Assembly: GCA_050953065.1 (NCBI GenBank)
Contig: JBMNLZ010000002.1
Location: 544,001-608,000, forward strand
Direction: 5' to 3'
DNA from: Bacilli bacterium
GTDB lineage: Bacteria > Bacillota_I > Bacilli_A > ML615J-28 > CAG-698
Length of the DNA stretch: 64,000 nucleotides
The notes under the pieces are model-generated. The model did no database searches. It worked only from the letters and a program-made list of their open reading frames with translations, and had not been told where the DNA came from. Positions 58,960-64,000 of the stretch are shown piece after piece. A program made the position numbers and the translations under genes. Position 1 is the first letter of the stretch. Every line of letters begins with the position of its first letter.

Positions 58960-59669
58960 TAGATACAATTATATTTGATTTAGATGGGACATTATTACCA
59001 ATAGATGAAGATGTTTTTATTAAAAAGTATTTTGGACTATTGAGTGTTAAATTTACTCATTTAGGGATTCAAAAAGAAAAGTTTATTGAGGCCATATGGA
59101 AGGGAACTATGGCTATGCGTAAAAACGATGGCTCAAAATCAAATGAAGAAGCTTTTTGGAATTTATTTACTGTGGAAATCGGTTTTAAAAAAGAAGAGTT
59201 GGAAGATATGTTTATTGATTTTTATACTAATGATTTTGATTTAGTTAAAGATAGTTCTAAACAAAACACACTTTCAAAAGAAGTAATTAAAGTTTTAAAA
59301 AAGAAGAAATATAAAATAGTTTTAGCTACTAATCCTCTTTTTCCAAGGCTGGCTGTAGAAAAAAGAATTGCTTGGGCTGGATTAAACAAAGAAGACTTTT
59401 CTTTTATAACAAGTTATGAAAATTCCTCTTTTTGTAAGCCGAATCTAAACTATTACCAAGAAGTTTTAGAAAAAATAAATAAAACTCCAGAACAATGTAT
59501 AATGGTTGGTAATGATGCAAAAGAAGATATGATAGTTTCAACTTTAGGTGTTAAAACATTCTTAGTTACGGACTGTTTAATCAATTTAGATAATATTGAT
59601 ATTTCAAAATTTGAAAATGGAGATTTTAATAATTTAGTTAATTTTATTAATAAACTTCCTAATCTATAA
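58956..59669 (+). CDS. HAD-family hydrolase
   Basis: DLDGTLL, LATNP, KP, MVGND. Confidence 0.9.
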   Translation: MIDTIIFDLDGTLLPIDEDVFIKKYFGLLSVKFTHLGIQKEKFIEAIWKGTMAMRKNDGSKSNEEAFWNLFTVEIGFKKEELEDMFIDFYTNDFDLVKDSSKQNTLSKEVIKVLKKKKYKIVLATNPLFPRLAVEKRIAWAGLNKEDFSFITSYENSSFCKPNLNYYQEVLEKINKTPEQCIMVGNDAKEDMIVSTLGVKTFLVTDCLINLDNIDISKFENGDFNNLVNFINKLPNL

Positions 59670-59697
59670 AACTATATTTTAAAATATAGTTTTTTTT
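59668..59697 (+). terminator. Probable intrinsic terminator
   Basis: AAACTATATTT...AAATATAGTTT plus T tract. Confidence 0.65.
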
Positions 59698-59825
59698 ATA
59701 GGAAAATATTACTTGCTAAACATATATAAATGTTTTAGAAAAAATATAATTTATAAAAACAAAAAAATGATGAAATTATCTTAATTATGTGGTATAATAT
59801 ATAAAAGTATAATTGTGCGGAGAAA

Positions 59826-60803
59826 ATGATGGGACTTTTTAAAATTTTTAAAAATAAAGAAAAAAAGCGAGAAGCTGAAAAATATCGTATAGGAATGGAA
59901 AAGACTAGAAAAGGTGTTTTTTCTAGACTAAAAAAACTATTTTCTAATACAAATGAAATAACTGATGATTTATTCGATGAATTAGAAGAGATCTTTGTGA
60001 TGGCAGATATAGGTGTTGATACAGTTATTAAGTTTATTGATGAACTAAAAAGCGATGTTAGAGTAAAAAAAATTACTAATGCTCAAGATTTGCAACCTAT
60101 TATTGTTGATAGGATGTTTGATATTTATTTAAAAGGTGAAATTGTTAATTCAAATTTAAATTATAAAAAAAATGAACTTGCAGTATATTTATTTGTTGGT
60201 GTAAATGGAGTTGGTAAAACTACAACTATTGCTAAGATAGCCCACAAATTAAAACAAGAAGGGAAAAAAGTTCTAGTTGCTGCGGGTGATACGTTTAGAG
60301 CTGGAGCGATTGAGCAATTAGAAGTTTGGGCTAAAAAAGCTGATGTTGATATTGTTATAAAAAATATTGGCAGTGATCCTGCGAGTGTAATATACGAGGC
60401 TTTAAATAAAGCCGTTGATGAAAAATATGATGTTTTACTTTGTGATACTGCAGGTAGACTTCAAACAAAAGTGAACCTAATGAAAGAATTAGAAAAAATT
60501 AAAAGAGTAATTAGTAATAAAATTCCGAATGCGCCTCATGATACGCTTTTAGTAATTGATGCAACAACGGGCCAAAATGGTTTAAGTCAAGCAGAAGCTT
60601 TCATTGAAGCAACTGATGTTACTGGAGTTGTTTTGACAAAATTAGATGGTACTGCTAAAGGGGGAATTGTACTTGCAATTAGAGATAAGTATAATATTCC
60701 AATAAAATTTGTATGTTTAGGAGAAAAAATAACTGACATAGAATATTTTGATATTGAAAAATATATTTATGGGTTGTTTGCTGATATGATTGACGATGAA
60801 TGA
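59826..60803 (+). CDS. ftsY: SRP receptor FtsY
   Basis: GVNGVGKTT, DTFRAGA, DTAGR, DATTGQ, TKLDGTAKGG. Confidence 0.97.
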   Translation: MMGLFKIFKNKEKKREAEKYRIGMEKTRKGVFSRLKKLFSNTNEITDDLFDELEEIFVMADIGVDTVIKFIDELKSDVRVKKITNAQDLQPIIVDRMFDIYLKGEIVNSNLNYKKNELAVYLFVGVNGVGKTTTIAKIAHKLKQEGKKVLVAAGDTFRAGAIEQLEVWAKKADVDIVIKNIGSDPASVIYEALNKAVDEKYDVLLCDTAGRLQTKVNLMKELEKIKRVISNKIPNAPHDTLLVIDATTGQNGLSQAEAFIEATDVTGVVLTKLDGTAKGGIVLAIRDKYNIPIKFVCLGEKITDIEYFDIEKYIYGLFADMIDDE

Positions 60804-61119
60804 TGTATTAGAAAAAAAAGAACGTTATACGATTCTTTTTGATTTTTATGAAAAATTATTAACTGAAAAACAAAGAGAATATTTTATAAGTTATTATTTT
60901 GATGATTTATCTTTAGCAGAAATTGCCAGTATAAAAGAAGTTAGTAGAAATGCTGTTTTTGATGGATTAAAGAAAATCTGTGAATTATTAGATTATTATG
61001 AAGAAAATTTAAAATTAGCATTCAAATTTGAAAAAATAAATAATTTAATTAAGAAATACCAAAACAGTGAAAACAAAGAAGTAAAAGAAATAATAGAAGA
61101 AATTAAAAATATAGAGTAG
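60796..61119 (+). CDS. ylxM: YlxM family protein
   Basis: LFDFYEKLLTEKQ...DDLSLAEIA...SRNAV; lies between ftsY and ffh. Confidence 0.92.
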   Translation: MNDVLEKKERYTILFDFYEKLLTEKQREYFISYYFDDLSLAEIASIKEVSRNAVFDGLKKICELLDYYEENLKLAFKFEKINNLIKKYQNSENKEVKEIIEEIKNIE

Positions 61120-61128
61120 GTGAATAAT

Positions 61129-62529
61129 ATGCCTTTTGAAAGTTTATCAGAAAGAATTCAAATGGCTCTACGTAGAATTACTGGTAGAGGCAGATTGACT
61201 GAAAATGATATAGATGAAATGATGCGAGAAATAAGACTTTCTTTGCTTGAGGCTGACGTTAACTATAAAGTAGTAAAGAATTTTACCGCTGAAGTAAAAC
61301 AAAAAGCTTTAGGTGAAAAGATAATGAAGTCTTTATCTCCAGGAGATCAAGTAGTTAAAGTTGTTCATGAAGAATTAAAAAAACTTATGGGCGATGAAGC
61401 AAGTGATGTGAATTATAAAAAAGATGGTATAAGTGTTTTTGTATTAGTAGGCTTACAAGGTTCAGGTAAAACTACTCATTGCGGGAAACTTGCTAATCTT
61501 TTGAGAAAAAGAGATGCTAAAAAACCTTTATTAATTGCTGCAGATATTTATAGACCTGCTGCAATTAATCAATTAGTAACAATTGGTAAGCAACTTGGTG
61601 TTGAGGTCTTTGAATTAGGTAATAAAGTCAAACCCCAAGAAATAGTTACTAAAGGGTTGAAATATGCTAAAGAAAAAAGTTTTGATTTAGTTATCATAGA
61701 TACAGCTGGTAGACTACATATAGATGATGTTTTGATGACTGAATTAAAAGAAATTGAGAGTATTGCTAAACCAGATGAAATGATTTTAGTAATTGACTCA
61801 ATGATGGGGCAAGATGCAATTAACGTCATAACTTCATTTAATGAAACGTTAAAAATAACAGGGTGTATTTTAACTAAATTAGATGGTGATACTAGGGGTG
61901 GAGCAGCTTTATCAATTAGATATTTGACAGAGATTCCAATTAAATTTATTGGTTTAGGTGAAAAACTAGACCAAATTGAAGTTTTTCATCCAGATAGAAT
62001 GGCAGGAAGAATTCTTGGAATGGGAGATGTTGTTTCTTTAATTGAAAAAGCAACGGCTAATATTGAAGAAGAAGAAGCCACTAAAATGGCTGAAAGGCTT
62101 CAAAAAGGATTGTTTAATTATGATGATTTCCTTAAACAAATAAAATGGATTAAGCGTTTAGGATCTATTAAAGGACTTTTAGGTTTGATTCCAGGAATTG
62201 GTAGACAAATTAAAAATATGGAAATTGATGAAAAACAATTTAACTATATTGAAGCTATAATTAGATCAATGACTGATGAGGAAAGAAAGAAACCAGATTT
62301 AATTACGAAAAACAGTTCAAGAAAAGAAAGAATTTCAAAAGGTTCTGGTAGATCTTATACTGAAGTAAATAATCTAGTTCAACGTTTTGAGGATATGAAA
62401 AAACAAATGGAATCATTTTCTAATATGAATCCAGAGTCTTTAGGAGATATGCAAAAACCAAACTTTCAAATGCCTCAAGTGAAACAAAAAAAAGGAAAAG
62501 GTAAAAACCGCGGTAATTTTAGAATTTAA
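61129..62529 (+). CDS. ffh: Signal recognition particle protein Ffh
   Basis: LLEADV, GLQGSGKTT, DTAGR, DGDTRGG, RILGMGD, M domain. Confidence 0.97.
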   Translation: MPFESLSERIQMALRRITGRGRLTENDIDEMMREIRLSLLEADVNYKVVKNFTAEVKQKALGEKIMKSLSPGDQVVKVVHEELKKLMGDEASDVNYKKDGISVFVLVGLQGSGKTTHCGKLANLLRKRDAKKPLLIAADIYRPAAINQLVTIGKQLGVEVFELGNKVKPQEIVTKGLKYAKEKSFDLVIIDTAGRLHIDDVLMTELKEIESIAKPDEMILVIDSMMGQDAINVITSFNETLKITGCILTKLDGDTRGGAALSIRYLTEIPIKFIGLGEKLDQIEVFHPDRMAGRILGMGDVVSLIEKATANIEEEEATKMAERLQKGLFNYDDFLKQIKWIKRLGSIKGLLGLIPGIGRQIKNMEIDEKQFNYIEAIIRSMTDEERKKPDLITKNSSRKERISKGSGRSYTEVNNLVQRFEDMKKQMESFSNMNPESLGDMQKPNFQMPQVKQKKGKGKNRGNFRI

Positions 62530-62543
62530 GAAGGATAATAAAT

Positions 62544-64000
62544 ATGAATGAGTTCTTAGAACAAATTAATAGTTTAAATAAAAAAACAATAGATGATATT
62601 CTTGTAGTTCTTGAAAAGGAAGAAAAAATATATAATTCTTACTATGAAAAAGAAATAAAAGTCATAGATAAAGGAAATATATATTTTGAAAATCTTGAAA
62701 AAGAGATTTCTGACTTAATAAATGTTAGATTAACTAATTATGAAGAGTTAAAAAAAGTAATAAAAGCAAAAAAACTCGAATATAATAAAGTAGTTGAAGA
62801 AAAACTAACAAGCGAATTAGTTGAAAACGAGATTAAAAAATTTCAAAAAGTAAAAGGAATGTCAATTAAATCAATTATTGAACCTTTGAAAAGAAAAATT
62901 CAAGAAGCTGAAAGTCAATTAACTATTTTAGAAAAAGATATAACTAGCAAAATTAAAGAAATAAAACAGAAAAGAGAAGATGCAAAAAAAACATATAGAG
63001 CCAAATCAATTGATATAAAAAGACGTTTTGATAAGGAAGTCGCTAAATTAAATAAAGAATTAGATATTAAAACTTTACCTTTAGAACAAGAAATGGCTCC
63101 TGAAACAAATAAAAAAAGAATTGCTGAATTGAAAAGAGAAATAAAAAAAATCCGTTTAACGGGATTAAGTGATGAAAAGAATTTAAAAATTAATAATATA
63201 AAAGAAAAAGAAAATCTTGAAAAAGAACATTTGATTTTTAATGAAAACTTAGATTTAGATCTTAAATTGTTAGACATTCATAATGAAAGAAGGACTGCTG
63301 AACTTAAATCAATTCAAAAAAACTTACAACTTGAAATCGAATGCGAAGAAGATTTATATGATTTTAAATCAAAAATCAAAAGTTATGAGAATATTAAGGC
63401 TAATTATTTTGATAGCATCCAACAAAAAATTTCAATTAAAGAAGAAATTAAAGTTTTAAAAAATGATTTATTAGATGCTAAATCTTTAGAAGAAGATGAT
63501 AAAAAAGCAAAACATTTGGTAGGAAATGAATATTTTATAAAGTTCCAAGAAAATTTTTTAGAGAATATAGAAAAATTTAGTAATGAGGAATTAACAAAAA
63601 GTTTAAATGCGTTTGAAGCGTTGAAAACTTCTTTATTAAAGTATTTTGAAATCAATTATGCAATTTTAGAAAAAATTTTATTTCAATATTATGATTATAA
63701 AAATAAATTTTTGTTTGCTTTATTAGAAGCACTTAAAACAAATATTCCAAAATTGAAAAGTTTTGGTTTAGAAAAGTTTATTGAAATTTTTGATGTTCAA
63801 ATTCAAAATACCTTTAAAAAACATAATATGTTTTTGAATGAATTTAAAATTGAACTAAAAGCATTTTTTAAAGAAATCAGTAAGCATGTAGTTGAAAAAT
63901 ATGAATCATTAATTACTATATATAAAAAATCTATTGAAGATGATTTAGAAATGATAGCTAAAATGAAAGAATTAAATATTAGTTTGAATAATGAAAATAA
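62544..64000 (+). CDS. Large K/E-rich coiled-coil hypothetical protein (3'-truncated by window)
   Basis: AAGGA SD, ATG 62544 (MNEFLEQINSLNKK...); frame checked at both ends and appears open to the window end; absent from the ORF track, consistent with having no stop inside the window. Confidence 0.75.
   Translation, partial: MNEFLEQINSLNKKTIDDILVVLEKEEKIYNSYYEKEIKVIDKGNIYFENLEKEISDLINVRLTNYEELKKVIKAKKLEYNKVVEEKLTSELVENEIKKFQKVKGMSIKSIIEPLKRKIQEAESQLTILEKDITSKIKEIKQKREDAKKTYRAKSIDIKRRFDKEVAKLNKELDIKTLPLEQEMAPETNKKRIAELKREIKKIRLTGLSDEKNLKINNIKEKENLEKEHLIFNENLDLDLKLLDIHNERRTAELKSIQKNLQLEIECEEDLYDFKSKIKSYENIKANYFDSIQQKISIKEEIKVLKNDLLDAKSLEEDDKKAKHLVGNEYFIKFQENFLENIEKFSNEELTKSLNAFEALKTSLLKYFEINYAILEKILFQYYDYKNKFLFALLEALKTNIPKLKSFGLEKFIEIFDVQIQNTFKKHNMFLNEFKIELKAFFKEISKHVVEKYESLITIYKKSIEDDLEMIAKMKELNISLNNEN

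Noticed and set aside
59711-59738. ACTTGCTAAAC-ATATAT-AAATGTTTTAG resembling the B. subtilis dif site
   Set aside because: Left arm matches 8/11 but the conserved XerD arm only 4/11, and gene orientation does not switch here.
3097-63655. Short antisense or alternate-frame ORFs in the track (e.g. 18894-19340, 29713-30201, 47911-48411, 62915-63277)
   Set aside because: They are shadows of well-supported genes, with antisense-typical composition and no recognisable motifs.
1-64000. CRISPR arrays, IS elements, prophage, rRNA or defence genes
   Set aside because: All intergenic gaps are short and explained by promoters, terminators or T-boxes; no regularly spaced repeats or transposase/phage motifs seen.
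1-64000. Mycoplasma-type UGA=Trp recoding
   Set aside because: Conserved Trp residues use TGG and several genes end at TGA at the expected lengths (thrB, thrR, rbgA, topA, ftsY).

Overview
A 64-kb AT-rich chromosomal window with genes almost all on the + strand. TGA is used as a stop and TGG for Trp (genetic code 11). Gene content and style suggest an Acholeplasmatales/Izemoplasmatales-like or other low-GC Bacillota lineage; this is inference, since no rRNA marker is present. It is mostly core metabolism and housekeeping: the 3' end of a tyrosine phenol-lyase/tryptophanase gene, thrC-thrB-thrR-hom-asd, gmk-pduL, tRNA-Lys(CTT), ABC-F-typA, a T-box-controlled argGHCJBDF operon, aroF-tyrA, tandem degV genes, a U32 hydroxylase, a divergent EF-G paralog, a soluble FtsK, lepB-rbgA-rnhB, DUF368-rlmD-ung, a T-box-controlled stand-alone trpB, oadA-birA-malQ, a CIRCE-controlled htpG, topA and ftsY-ylxM-ffh. 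I saw no mobile elements, CRISPR arrays, rRNA genes or defence islands. The best candidate for an uncharacterised system is a promoter- and terminator-bounded operon (32764-37209): two secreted repeat proteins, an orphan Wzc-type tyrosine kinase with an altered P-loop (GEFKTT) and a HAD phosphatase, facing a secreted GHL10 glycoside hydrolase. Other points of interest are regulatory: a candidate ThrR operator pair, an Arg T-box, a Shine-Dalgarno (SD)/hairpin/AUG arrangement before oadA, and a 98-nt dual-coding overlap. All calls come from reading motifs by eye; no searches were run.
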